NCBI RefSeq assembly: GCF_009914755.1
Contig: NC_060936.1
DNA from: the human T2T-CHM13v2.0 reference genome, Homo sapiens
Length of the DNA stretch: 64,000 nt
Strand: one strand, 5' to 3'
The position numbers and the translations under genes were made by a program. Shown piece after piece: positions 27,412 to 40,984 of this stretch; within the stretch, counting starts at the first letter, position 1, and each line of letters begins with the position of its first letter. The notes beneath the pieces were generated by a model. It was not told the DNA's origin. It was given only the letters and a program-made list of their open reading frames with translations, and made no database searches.

Positions 27412-28330
27412 TATTCAATAGATGTTTGTGGAATGTTGACCATGTACTATTCCATGTACTATAAAATAAAGCAATGAACAAGACCGGTGACGTTTACATG
27501 CTAAAAGGGAAACAAAACCAAAATGAATAATATGTGCTACATTAGAGAGAAAAAGTGCTGAAAAGAAAAGTAAAGCAGGAAGGGGAATAGAAAAAGCTGG
27601 CGTAGGAAGATGAAATTGCAATTCTAGGATGGCGGCCAGGAGATCCTCACTGAGAAGATGGAATTTGGAGAGGACTTGAAGGGAGTAAGCAAATATGCCA
27701 GGCACGTGCCTGGGGAAAGAGCATTGCAGGCAGTGGGAACAGCAGGTGCAAAGGCCCTGGGACCCTGAGAATGAGCATTTCAGGGAACAGAAAGGAGGCC
27801 AATGAAGCTGGGCTGGGGTGTGCCAGGAGAAGGAGGCCCAGCGATGAGGTGATAGAGATGGACGGGATGGGGGTGGAATGCGGAGAGACACGTTGGTCCT
27901 TGCAAGGAGTTTAGCTCTTACTTAGTGTAGCCTGACGAGCCTTGGGGTTCGAATCAAGAACGGGCAGGACCTGGTCTCCTTTTTATTAGGCTCACTGCAT
28001 AGACTAAAAGGAACAAGGGAAAAGATAAGGTGAGAAGTTAGGAAGCCAGTGCGTGGAGGCAGACAGCTGAGGATGGTTTCTTACGTGAGGGTGGTGACCA
28101 TTAAGATGGTGAGAAGAGCTCTGATTCTGGCTATTCAAAGGTAGCGCTGACAGGTGTCCCTTGCCTGTCACATAGAGGTGTGAGAAAATGAGAGGAATGA
28201 AGGGTGACACTGTGGTTTTGACATAGGTCTTAGAAGAATTGGGGTTGCCATCAGGGGAGACCTGGAAGACTGAAGGGGGTGGGTTTGGGCTGATACAGGG
28301 GCCCAGATTTGAATGCCACATTAAAATTAT
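27412..28330 (-). mobile_element. L2a fragment
   Basis: cctcactgagaagatg...ggggaaagagcattgcaggcagtgggaacagcaggtgcaaaggccctg is typical antisense L2. Confidence 0.75.
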
Positions 28331-28608
28331 TCATGAAATAAGACATCTCAAGCGAAAAATGGTGGTTTTCTTAAAGGAATGCTGGAACACGCTACGGATG
28401 AATCTTCCAAACTGGCACTAGACAGGGCATTGTGAACTGTAACCAGTTTCTCTAAACAAATTTAATGGTAAAAAGTTGTATTTATTTAAAACAAGAGTGT
28501 CTATAGAAGAAATCTCTGTTGGGATCCATCTTGACCTAAGAGATTGTCCTTAAGAGATAAGCAGTTCGTTTATTATGATTATTACTATTATTGTAATTCC
28601 TGTCACTT

Positions 28609-28889
<281 letters not shown>

Positions 28890-29419
28890 TCCGTTTTGTG
28901 TCTTTCCATGTGAGGAAGTAGCTTCACATCTTCTCTCCAGAGCTACTCCACAGGTCTCGTCACTTAACAGTGGGTATGAATACCCAAGCTCTTTTAAAAC
29001 ACTGTTTGATCCAATAGTCCATATCATTTACTTCCCAGCTAGAAAAGAAAAAGCAATGATTGCAGTGTTCAATAATGGCATTTGTAGCCAAATGTATAAC
29101 CTCCCAGTGAGAATGCTAAGGGGTATTTACTTCCAAGGGAAACGGATGAGACAGGCAGCCAGCTGGTGTCTCTCCCCAGGGGAGTTCAGGCTTCTCGGCA
29201 TTTGCAGGCTGGGGTGCCTGTGGGTAACTGGATATTTCCTCAGCACAGAGTGAGAGAGGCAACTCTATGTCCTGTGCTGTGAAGATTTGAAGCAGGCGAG
29301 GGTAGCAGGATCTTTTTACTTGCTGGTTCACTGTCACTTCATAGTGGCAGTAAAATTCAGAGCTGCAATCTGGATCAGGCATCAGCAAGCTACTGCCCCT
29401 GAGCCAGATCCTGGCACAT

Positions 29420-29590
29420 CCATTTGTATAGTATCCTCTGTTACTGCTGTGGCAGCACAAAAGCAGAGTTGAGTAGGCATAGCTGAGATTACATGACCCC
29501 AAAAGCCTAAAATATTTACAGTGTGGCCCTTTACATTAAAGTAAGTTTAATGTAAATTTAAAGTAACATCAAGTTTCTTGACCTCTGATC
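29420..29590 (+). mobile_element. MER58-like DNA transposon fragment
   Basis: gcagagttgagtag...caaaagcctaaaatatttacagtgtggccctttaca. Confidence 0.7.
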
Positions 29591-31141
29591 TAGACAAAAT
29601 AATGCCCCTGAGCTGCAGAGATTTGGGGTGTAATGGAACAAAATCAGAAGGGAAATGCCAAAAGTCATTCATCCAAACCCACCACACCCATCTCCCAAAG
29701 CCCTCCCCATGTCCACAGAGGCCTCAGCAGAAGAGTTCCCTTCCTTCCCTGAGCTCCTTTTACCGACAAAGTTGCAGACTCATTTGTCTGCAAGATTTCT
29801 GTGTGTCTGCTTTTGGACATGGCATATCCTTATGATAGAAATTGTTTTCTAGTGTATTAACTACATTGATTTATTTACTCTATGCTGTGTGCTATTTTTG
29901 TAGATTTAGAATCTGAAATTTATCAATAGATGAAGCTCCCTGGATACGGCAGGGGTCACGGTGGGCAGAGCACAGAATGAGAGGCCAATGGAGGGTACGT
30001 GAATCGTTCACGCTGATTGGAGCAGAGAATTCCTCTTGGGTAAACTATTTCTAATAAAAGGGCCGTTGAAGGCCACAGAGGACAAACTTTCAGCTGAGCA
30101 CCAGCCACCACTCCCACCAGGTGGATGCCCGGTCTGCAGGTGTCTGAACACACCCAGGGCTGCTGAGAACAGTTGAATAGGTTGGGCAATGCGTGATACT
30201 CCCTATCCCATAGCAGAGACCATAGATTTAGATATTCAGTAGGACACTGTTACAGCACATGGCAGTAAAGTGTCTCGTTCAACCCAATCAGTCATTTTTG
30301 ATAATTTTCTATTAGATGGAAATAAAGTATTTTAGGACAGAGGTAACTTTTGCTAATATGCTCAAGAATATACTGGCTCTACATTGGGAATGGATTACTT
30401 CCTGAGTTAGCCCAAGTAATAATTCATACAATAATATTGAGCATGTGTTTTCTGTGCATCTGCTATGTGCCAGTAACTCAGCAAGGCTGTTGGAAGACAA
30501 TGGAGAAAAAAGCAACAAAGCACCCGTCCCTGAGCTCTACAGGGCAGAGAGGCTTTACACAGCAAAGAGCACCCTTAATCACCATTTGGCTAAGTGCCAT
30601 GAAGCAGCATCCCCCTGTATATATGGGGTGGGAGCCTGCGCTGGTGTGCGGGTGTGGTGGGGGGCTCTGAAGGCAAAGGGGGATGAGTGGGGGACATGTG
30701 GGACGGACGGGTCAGGGGAGGTAGAGTCTGATCATGGAAATTCATAAAGATTTGGCTGAGGAGTATGAACTTGACCTTCTGGTCCCATGTTTCCCAAAGT
30801 GGAGGATGTGGATCTCTGGTGCTACGAGGATTTCTGGTAGAAGGAGAACACAGTCCTAATTAGCACTGAATGGCACAGGGAGAAAGACATGCCCTTTGCA
30901 GACCTCGTTTACTCTTTTGGATAAGTTAACTAGAGGATCTCCCTTGGGTGTTCTAATGCCTGGAATAAAACTCTCTAACATTTGCAGCCACCTCCTTGTA
31001 ATAGAGAAATAGTAGCCCTTAGGCCCAGGGCTTTGGGCAGGGGGAAGTATCTACCTGCAATTAAAAGTCAATAACAACAGCAGCGTTTGTATGTGGGTTT
31101 AGATTTTTAAATATATTTAATTGATAAAAATATTCAATTAA

Positions 31142-31460
31142 GGCTGGGCATGGTGGCTCACGCCTGTAATCCCAGCACTTTGGGAGGCCGAGATGGGCAG
31201 ATTGCCTGAGCTCAGGAGTTCGAGACCAGCCTGGGAAACATGGTGAAACCCTGTATTTACTAAAATATAAAAAAATCAGCTGGGCATGGTAGTGTGCACC
31301 TGTAGTCCCAGCTACTTGGGAGGCTGAGGCAGGAGAATTGCTTGAACCGGGAGGCGGAGGTTGCAGTGAGTAGAGATTGCATCATTGAACTCCAGCCTGG
31401 GTGACAGAGCAAGACTCCATCTCCAAAATAAATAAATAAATAAAATAAAATAAAAATAAA
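31142..31460 (+). mobile_element. Alu (AluS), full length
   Basis: Forward Alu with an (AAAT)n/(AAAAT)n tail. Confidence 0.95.
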
Positions 31461-32399
31461 CTAATAAAAATTTTAGTTAAAATGTGATCTGCTTTAACAA
31501 AATAAATGAATTATTAAATACAAAATAATGAAGGTGACACAAGGTTATGGGGCAAAATGAGTGAGCTTCATATGTGAATGGTTGTAGTTTGCAGAGCAAT
31601 ACCAAGGGTAATTGTGACCCCCTGCAGCCATGGCAGTGCACAGGTGTGACTGAGCTCCTTGAAGTGCTGCCTGTCTGGAAGTCCAGGTGTCTCTCTTAAG
31701 CTCCTTCTCAAGGAGCTCCTGGCAGGGCTACATCTAGGCTACATCCAGGGACATCTCTTTTCTGGCTCTGAGACTTCAATCTCCAGCTTCCTGCTCTGGA
31801 AATGCAGCTCACACTGCTGCTCTGAGCCCCACCTGCCAGCCGCTCAGCCTGGTTTCAGCTCAAGTGGGAAAAGACGTTCAGGATTTATGAGGTTCCGAGA
31901 GGATATTTAGAGCCAAAATCTTCATTTGCCAGAGAGCTGTAGTGGTATTATGGAGATGAGAGGTTTTCTCCTGGGAAGGAGTGTGTTGCTTAGCAGAGGA
32001 ATTTCCAAAGGTCTGAGAGTGTCCAGTGCAGGAGGGAGATGTTGCTTTCCATGCACACGGAGAGGGGTAGCAGGTGAGTAACTTGTCCTCTTCTAGCTAA
32101 TTTTCATGGTCACATGCTTCCTCCAAGACTATTTGATCTCCAGGAAGACAGTGGAGGAGGCTGCCTGTTATTTTCTTCCCTTACCTACCTTATGACCCTG
32201 GGCAAATCACACCATTTCTTTGGGCCTCAAGTCCTCATGATATAAAATGGAAAAGTTGGTTAGATGAGTCCTTTTTGTTTTGTTTCTTTTGTTGTTGTTC
32301 TTTTGTTTTCTTTCACTTTTCTTCTGACTCCTTCTCTCACTCACTTTTATACTCCCACCCTCTGTGTCTCCCACATTTTCCTCTCTCACTCTCTCTCTA

Positions 32400-32577
32400 A
32401 TGTATCTGACATCTGTCTATATCTATCAATCTGTCATCTATCAATCAATTTATTATCTGTTTGTATCTATCTGTTTATATTTATCTGTCTATCATCTATC
32501 TGTCTCTGTCTATATCTATCTATCTCTATCATCGTCATCTATCTATATCTATCTATCTGTCTATCTATCTATCTATT
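32400..32577. repeat. Degenerate (TCTA)n microsatellite
   Basis: Runs of tcta/tctg/tatc. Confidence 0.9.
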
Positions 32578-33233
32578 GAGTGTAGAGGTCTGGGCCACCA
32601 AGAGGGCTCTGCAGGTAGCATTTGCTTCTTGGAACCTGCACCAGGAGCTGACCTTGTGTGTTCCGTGAGTCACACTAGGAGGTTGTAGCCTTCTCAGGAG
32701 TGGTCTCTGACCTGCCCTTCCTGCCCTGCAGCCTGCAGCCTTCTCAGAGCAGCACTCTATGGAGTTGAAAGCCCTATGAGGCCAAAGGAGCCCCAGATAT
32801 AACCTCAGCTGACCCCTGTAATGTTCTAAATTGCAGAACAGGTGGTTCTTCCTTTTAGGGGTCTTTAAATCCCATCAGGCTTCTCAGTTCATAGGATCCA
32901 TTGGAGAATTCACTGGCAGAGCGTGGGGGGAAGAGGAGGCTGTGCACTTTGCACAGTGTCTTTGCAGTTTTGATAAGATTAGAGTTTACCAAAGTGTAAT
33001 AAGTTTCCAAGCCTGTTGGCTTATTTGGATGATCTTAGGTGACACATAGGAAAGTGAATTCTTGTATGAAGTTGGAAGTCTATGTGTGTGCAAGGCAAAG
33101 TCTAGAGGTAGGCAAGCAAGTCATTAGGGTACAAAATTACAAATGGTTGCCACTTCCCATGTGTATAACCCTGAGAATGAGTAGAATGAGTGTTCCCTTA
33201 GATCCTGAGCCATGGCCCTCACCCTGCCTTACC

Positions 33234-33436
33234 CTGTGCATGTGTGTGTCCACATATGTGTGTAAGTGTATATGCATGTGTGTGCATGTGTGCACATGAG
33301 TGTATGTGTGTATGCATTTGTGTGCATGTGCATGCATGTATGTGTGCAAATGTGTGTCTGCATGTATGTGTCTTCAAGTGTGTGCATTGTGTGTGTGTGT
33401 GTGTGTCTCTGTGTATGTGTGTGCGCATGTGTGTGT
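33234..33436. repeat. Degenerate (TG)n/(TGCA) alternating purine-pyrimidine tract
   Basis: About 200 bp of tg/ca/ta dinucleotides. Confidence 0.9.
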
Positions 33437-33811
33437 CCATTACTGGCATAAATAAGTAGTTATTCCAGCTATATGAAGTCCATAACTAGTACATCAGCAT
33501 TTTGTGAATACCACTCTTATTACTTAGGAAGGTGGAAGATCAGAGTCTTAATTTAAAGAAAATTATTAAGTAATAACATCTGAAGACTTCTTAGGTAGAG
33601 AAAATTATGGATGCACAGTGAGGGCTTTGGGAAGTAATAAGCCAGGTGGTATGTTTCCTGCAGACTCAAAAGACAGTACAGCCTCCCTGGCACTATGGTG
33701 TATTTTTTTTTCTTCAATAACAGACTCCTCTCAAATCCCAAATCACAGGAATTCTGTTACTCAAAAAGAGCCCTACAGTGCCATCCCACAGTGCCTGAGA
33801 AGTTTGGAGGG

Positions 33812-34263
33812 TTTTTCTTTTTAATTTTTAAAATTCTTTTCTTATTATACTTTAAGTTCCAGGGTACATGTGCACAACGTGCAGGTTTGTTACGTATGTA
33901 TACATGCGCCATGCTGGTGTGCTGCACCCATTAACTCATCATTTACATTAGGTATATCTCCTAATGCTATCCCTCCCCCATCCCCTCACCCTTGACAGGC
34001 CCTGGTGTGTGATGTTCCCCTTCCTGTGTCCAAGTGTTCTCATTGTTCAATTCCTACCTGTGAGTGAGAATATGCGGTGTTTGGTTTTTTGTCCTTGCGA
34101 TAGTTTGCTGAGAATGATGGTTTCCAGTTTCATCCATGTCCCTACAAAGGACATGAACTCATCATTTTTATGGCTGCATAGTATTCCATGGTGTATATGT
34201 GCCACATTTTCTTAATCCAGTCTATCATTGATGGACATTTGGGTTGGTTCCAAATCTTTGCTA
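33812..34263 (-). mobile_element. Younger L1PA (about PA4-6) 3' end, heavily 5'-truncated
   Basis: ttattatactttaagttccagggtacatgtgcacaacgtgcaggtttgttac...ccctacaaaggacatgaactcatc. Confidence 0.93.
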
Positions 34264-36145
34264 AGGCAGGAGGAGAGAGGAATGTGTCAAAGGATGTTGT
34301 GTTTTTCTCTCAAGTACATCTGTTCTAGTGGAAAACAAAAGCCTTCCTCCCCTGGCAGTGCAACTTCAAATACAGGTTATTTCCTTACAAGCTATACATT
34401 TAAATGGTCTTCAACTACCCCAGACTTTTGAATTGGTAACTGAAAACTAAGCAGGCAGCATTTTGGTTGGAGGTGAGAGGACTTAAGATTATGGCTCAGA
34501 TCACTTTCATCTGCAGTAGTGATGTGATTCTTGAGATTCGTGCTGAAAAATGTTAGCAGAAATGTGCACACCTGCTGTTGAAACTGTGTCCTTTTCATTT
34601 TAGAGAAAGACTGGGGGAGAAACAAGTGATTACTACATCCCTTTTAGGAGGGTACACTAGAAAAATTGTATCAGGCAAGATAAAGGGCAGAAAGTTACTT
34701 CCCAGGCTCTAGTTCAAGCACAGGAATCCATTGCACTTGAGTAGAATTATAATTTAGAAAGTGTAAGACAGGGTAGATTTTTTTCTGATGCTTAATATTT
34801 TCTTTGAAATAAGAAATAGCATGGGACAGGTACTAGAAAGGGATCAAAGAGATGGGGACCCAGACAAGTATTAAGATACCAGGCAGTTCTGAAAATTACA
34901 GGCACCTGGAGTCACATATAAAGTGATAGCAATCCACTGTCTTGTTTCTGCTATCAAAAGTACATCAGGATCTTTGGCTGAAGCTTATTTCAAGTACTTG
35001 AAAATCCATTACAATTGGAAGTATAAAGACTGTACAATCAGGATTTTTATCCAAGCTGAGAAATTTAGTGTATGTATTTATCATTAGGGGTCTCATAAAT
35101 ATAATAGTGTTCTCCAAAATGTTCCTTTTACCACTTCTGTGAACATTTCCAAAATGTTCCTCTTACCACTCATTAGTTGGCAACTGACTTACCTCTCGTT
35201 TTCTCCAGCATGGCTCCTATGTCATGAAAGGCTAATGTTAAATTGCTCAAGTTTCTTGACTGTCTTATTCTGGGCTTCATCGAGCTCAAGAAACACAGTG
35301 TCCATATTGTGCTTTTTCTTGGTCTACTAATAGCATATATACATTTGAAATATTTTTTTCCTGCAATAAAAGACTACTCATGCTCAGATAGATAGTTTAT
35401 TATTCTTACAGGCTAAGGTTGCTTGCTGATAGACATCAGAGCCAGGGTCTCTGGGATATTTTTGGCATTTGCTCAGATGCTACCTCATGGGCACAAGATG
35501 GCTGCAGTGGGCAGGCACATCGTCTCTCTCTGCGGCCCCAGCAGAAAGCTGATCAAAGAGCAATGGCTAAAGGGCCTTTCTCACACCAAGCTTCCATTTA
35601 AATGAGTTATAGAATACAATTCCTAAAACAGAGCTTAGCACATGGTAAATGCTTTAAAGTATGACTTATTATAGTAACACAAATAAATATGAGTGTTTAT
35701 GCCTACACACATTTTAGCTAACCTTTAAACTTTATTTTCAGAAATGTAAATGCTACAAATTTCCAAAAGCTATCATTTCAAATTTACTCTTTTACATTCC
35801 TAGCATACTTACTTCGTTTTGTAAATTTTGAAGCCATTTTCCAATTTTAACATTTTATTTTAGTAAACATTCACTTTCTTAAATCAGAGGAAATGTGTAT
35901 GTGTGTGTCCCTGTGTAAATGCACATATGTGAGAGATTGTATAGACATATACAGACCTTTATCTACTACCCTAGGGAAGAAAAAAGCCTTCCAGGAACCT
36001 GGGTCTCTCACATTACCTGTGTCATGGAGAGATTATGTGTTGTTTTATGTTCTTTTTTTGTGTTTTTTTTTTTCTGCATAAGATACTAATCAATCACAAG
36101 TTCTTAGCCGAAGAAGATGAAAGTCAGAAAAGGATGTCTTGCTGG

Positions 36146-36343
36146 GATTCACTCATTTATTCAAGAGATATTTATTGAGCAGCTATCATGCAGCAGGCAC
36201 CAGACCAGACACTGAGGACACTGCATTCATACAGCCAGGTGGATCCTCCACCCTCCTGGCCCTTGCTGGCTGGTGTGGGGAGCACACACAGGCAGACAGT
36301 TCAAACTATGCACAAGAACATTTCATTGATTGAGAAGTGCTGT
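36146..36343 (-). mobile_element. L2 fragment (continues at ~37789-37910 after the LTR insertion)
   Basis: ttcactcatttattcaagagatatttattgagcagctatcatgcagcaggcac. Resumes at ctgtgaaggaaataagcaagg. Confidence 0.6.
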
Positions 36344-36526
36344 TGTAACTCAGTTCAGGCCAGGCTGCTCTCAGTTTGCAAAGAATACACCAGAGACAAT
36401 GTGTGGTGAAGGAAAAGCAGCTTGATTGTTCAAATGCCTGCAGTTGAGGAGAATGGCCAGACTGAAGTCTCAAAGGACCACCTCAGCTCTTTCAGCTGAG
36501 TGAGGGGGTTTAAGAAGAGAGACTCG

Positions 36527-36917
<391 letters not shown>

Positions 36918-37159
36918 TCACTCATCCAGAGGTCTGGTTGGTTATCACCTTGACCTAGGCCTGGTGGTGGTGGACTAATTGTTCATGTGTGGGGGGATCC
37001 TGTGTAAGGGGATCCTGCAGCTGGGTTTCTAGGCCTGGTTTGTTTCGAAATTAGCCCCTAGAATTTCTAAGCAAGCACATAAGATAAATGAGCACAGTGC
37101 AAGGGAATGCCTGGTGGGAAAGGGAGGGAAATAAAGGCTGCTAAAGTACATTTCAAGGC

Positions 37160-37707
37160 TATTAAATACAGTGAGTTCTAAGTTTCTCTTCAAAGAATCA
37201 CCATGTCAGTATGTTCCATTCTTTGTCCTCCATTTTAAAGTTTAACTTCCTCATTCTCTTCATCTCCTTGCCCCTGGTTTCAGTAAACAACCTTCCTGCC
37301 AATTCTAATCAGTAGTTCACACCTGTTCCCCTGGTCACTTGCTCCATCCTGAGTCACTCCTGGTCACCTGCTCTGACCTGAGTCACCTTTAGTCATCTGT
37401 TCTGTAACCATCTTTCCCGCTGAAACTGCTCACCCCACCACTCTGGCCCATATCCCTGCTCTCTTTAAAATAGCCAACCTGAATTAGCTTAGACTATGTG
37501 GCCCAACCCTAGCCAATAGGGGAACGACACAGCAGTAGGGGCTACCTGTGTCAGGGATAAGAACCCCTTCCCCTCCCTTGTTCAGGTGTACTGTCACCAT
37601 TGCTCCATCTGCAAGATGCACCCTTCTATAGAAGTAAAATTGCCTTGCTGAGAAAATTTATGTTCGTGTGCTATTTCTTTTGTGGCACCAAAAATTTATT
37701 TCCAACA
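37160..37707 (+). mobile_element. LTR10A-like solo LTR (HERV-I/HERVIP10 group)
   Basis: t(a)ttaaatacagtgagttctaagtttctcttcaaagaatca...cccctggtcac repeats...ttatttccaaca. 4-bp TSD AGGC at 37156-37159 / 37708-37711. Confidence 0.85.
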
Positions 37708-38022
37708 AGGCTATAGTCTGAGATTAAGAAAGAAAGTGGGGGAAAAAAACCTCTAAGATGCATTTCAAGGCTGGGATACTGGGCTACACTGTGAAGGAAA
37801 TAAGCAAGGTTGAGGGAGAGAGCATGACAGGGTGGATGCTGCTTCACGTGGGTGGCTCAGGAGAGCTTATCTGTTGGGCGATGTCTGAGCAATGATCTAA
37901 ATGAGGCAGTGATGTCAAAAGGAGTGGACCATTTATAAATGGTCCCTGTCAAAGTGGCCTGCAGTTAGATAAAAGCTATGGACTCTGGTTCCTGAGAATG
38001 ACCAAGGTCAATTTATGGATGC

Positions 38023-38480
38023 TGTGAACCCCGATAATTTGAGACAGTTCTTAGTTAATTTAGAAAGTTTACTTTGCCAAGGTTGAAGATGTACCCATGA
38101 CACAGCCTCAGGAGGTTCTAATGACACGTGCCCAAGGTGGTCACAGCACAACTTGGTTTTATACCTTTTAAGGAGACAAGAGATATCAATCAATATGCAA
38201 AAAATGAACATTAGTTTGGTCCCAAAAGTGGGACATCTCAAAGAAGGAAGGGTGCTTCTAGGTCACAGGTAGGTGAGAGACAAATGGTTGCATTCTTTTG
38301 GAACTCCAGAAATGGAGTTTCTGATTAGCCTTTCCAAAGGAGGAGATCAGATATGCATTTATCTCAGTGAGCAGAGGAATGACTGAATAGAATGGGAGGC
38401 AGGTTTGCCCTAAGCAATTCTCAGCTTGACTTTTCCTTTTAGTTTAGTGATTAGAGGGCCCAAGATATTTTCCTTTTACA
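38023..38480 (-). mobile_element. MER4A-like LTR
   Basis: ttaatttagaaagtttactttgccaaggttgaag...gacacagcctcaggagg...gtgcccaaggtggtc...tttccttttaca. Confidence 0.85.
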
Positions 38481-39375
38481 ATGAGATAGGTGGCAAATGA
38501 TTGATTCTGCTGATATTAGGGTCCAATCACCCCCCTCTATTCTTTGGAGAGAAAATGTTATCAGCCTTTTTACCTCTGCTTTTCTTATCTCACTGAATTT
38601 GGCATTGGAGGCTGTCAAAGGACCATGGACCTGCTAGGTGACCTGGGGGCATGAGTTTCCATCTTTCTTTATGCTCTGCTTTGCTTCAGGTAACTCAATG
38701 GTCAGTGGTATTCTCTCCTCCTCTCAAGAAACCTGACAGGATGATCTAGAGTTGAAAAAAGCTGATGTTTTCTACAAAGTCTGTGATGTTAACAGAACTA
38801 GACAATCTGACCTGAGGCAGAACTAATTCAGAAAATAAACAAGATTTAAGTTTTTACAAGGGGATTTCATTAACCAGTTGGAATCTAGCTTGTTTGAGAA
38901 TGTGAGTTGGAATGTTAAGATATTATTGTCTGCAGAAGTCTCTAAGATCTGGTCAATCACATTCACTGCTATACTAAATTTTTGAAGTCAGACCTTTGTG
39001 GCATGGGGAAGTGAAAACACAAATATTACACCCAATAGTCAGGGAAAACTCCATATATTTCCACAGTCCAGATGGTGGTCATTGACTTATCAAAGTGCTT
39101 GGAGGATTGTCAAAAGGATTTTGTATTGTTTTGTGGTTTTAGTTTGATTTTTTAATATTTTAGCAGCATATCAATCCACATAAATTTCATATCTAAAGAA
39201 GATGAAAAGGGGAAGGATGCTTTAGTTGTCCTTAGAGAAAGTGATGATTAGAAGAGCCAGAATTTTTGTGTCTAAGGTACTTTGTTGTTCAAAGAACTTG
39301 GTGCTAACATCAAGTTATTGTAGACACCAAAAAAATCAATCAATTACTTCATCTACTGACTGACTCATTTGTAGA

Positions 39376-39698
39376 TTTATCCATCCATCAACTCATACAG
39401 CCAGTTATCCATTCATCCACCTGGCTATCCATCCATCTATCCACTTATGCATCCATTCACCTATGCATCTACCCGTGCATTCACCCATCTATGCAGCCAT
39501 CCATCCATGCATCCACCTATGTGTCCATCCCTCCACACATTCATATACCCATGCATCCACCTACCCATCCACCTACACATCCATCTACCCATGTGTCCAC
39601 CTACCCATACATCCAACAATGAATCCATTCACCCATGCATCCATCCACCCATGTGGCCACCTATGAATCCACCCACGCATTCATCGATGCATGCATCA
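39376..39698. repeat. Degenerate (CCAT)n repeat
   Basis: ccat/ccac/tcat tetramers over about 320 bp, at the 3' end of an antisense L2. Confidence 0.9.
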
Positions 39699-39877
39699 TT
39701 TGCTAGATTTGAAATACCTATTCTCTGCTAGACACTGTGTTAAGGGAAGAAGCCACACCAGTAAACAAGAAGGAGAAAATTTGTAACCTTAGGTCTGCTC
39801 TAGAGAAGCAGGCAGAAAATGTGTAAGACAAAATATAAATGAATAATATAATTTTAGACAGTGATACTCTGAAGAAA

Positions 39878-39949
39878 ATATATATATTTTATATATATAT
39901 ATACACACATGCACACGTGCTTGGATACTCTCCATATATATATATGCAC

Positions 39950-39980
<31 letters not shown>

Positions 39981-39987
39981 CACACAC

Positions 39988-40018
<31 letters not shown>

Positions 40019-40057
40019 CACCCAAGTACATATGTGTGCATACATATATATATATAT
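39878..40057. repeat. Compound (TA)n/(CA)n microsatellite within an L2 fragment (~39700-40340)
   Basis: Alternating TA and CA runs. The flanks resemble antisense L2. Confidence 0.9.
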
Positions 40058-40984
40058 CATAGACAATATTAGTTTGCTAAGGGAGGGTAAGTAAGTTTTC
40101 AGGAGAGGCCTCTCTGGGAGGTAATAAAATCAAGACCCAAATGGAGAAAATCAGCCATGCTATATCCTGGAAGAGATTCCTGCAGGCAGTGGACCCAGCC
40201 AGGGAAACATCCTGCAATATGTACATCTGCAGTTTGTGAGGACCCAGGCAGGCCAAGGTGGCTGAGGCAGAGGAAGGGAGGGGGTGCATATGGCAGAGAG
40301 GTAGACAGGAGCAAATCATTGGGAGCCTTCTAGTCATGAACGTGGGTTCACACCAACCAAAGGAGCTTCTAGGAAATAGCCTCATGGAGAACATAGCAAT
40401 AACATTGTCCATCTATATGGCATTGTTTTCCAGCAGAAAAAGCAGTGTGCACAAGGGTGTGTGCATACGTGTGCATGTACTGGCATTGCCTAGGACTGGG
40501 CCAGTGATGCCAGTACTAGTTTGCAGGGATAGATGTGAACGTAATTTCTGAAGGCATGTACCAACTTTGAATATAATACCTGCTCTTCTTATGATAAGCT
40601 ATAATGTTTTCAAGACCTAAAGACTTAGCTTTAGCTGGGACAACAGAATACAACCTGGTCCATGTTGTGATAATCATGACCCCAAATGGCCCTGAGCTCT
40701 GGATATGCCCATTTATAAAGAAAGGTGCCAGCTTGATTACTCATTTCTTGGATCATGGGAAGTAAGAAGACAGGGTCAGCCCTCCAGGCTCTGAATTTTG
40801 TATTTCAGGTGCTGAACATGGAAGCCCTGCCCAGGCTTGCCTCATGGTAGCTATGGCAGGAGAGGACTCTCGTGCCTAACTAAAGATGTGCAAGTGAGAG
40901 AGTCTTTGAAGAATCAGCTGATGGGACAGAGAAGTATGGACCAGGGGGCTGTTGAAGAGGATTTTTTATTCTTCTTTACCATTT

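Noticed and set aside
30113-30128. Second CTCF-like motif CCACCAGGTGGATG
   Set aside because: It mismatches the conserved GGC end of the core and is too weak to call.
32207-33459. Cluster of Cys/Val/His- and Ile/Tyr/Leu-rich ORFs
   Set aside because: They are translations of (TCTA)n and (TG)n microsatellites.
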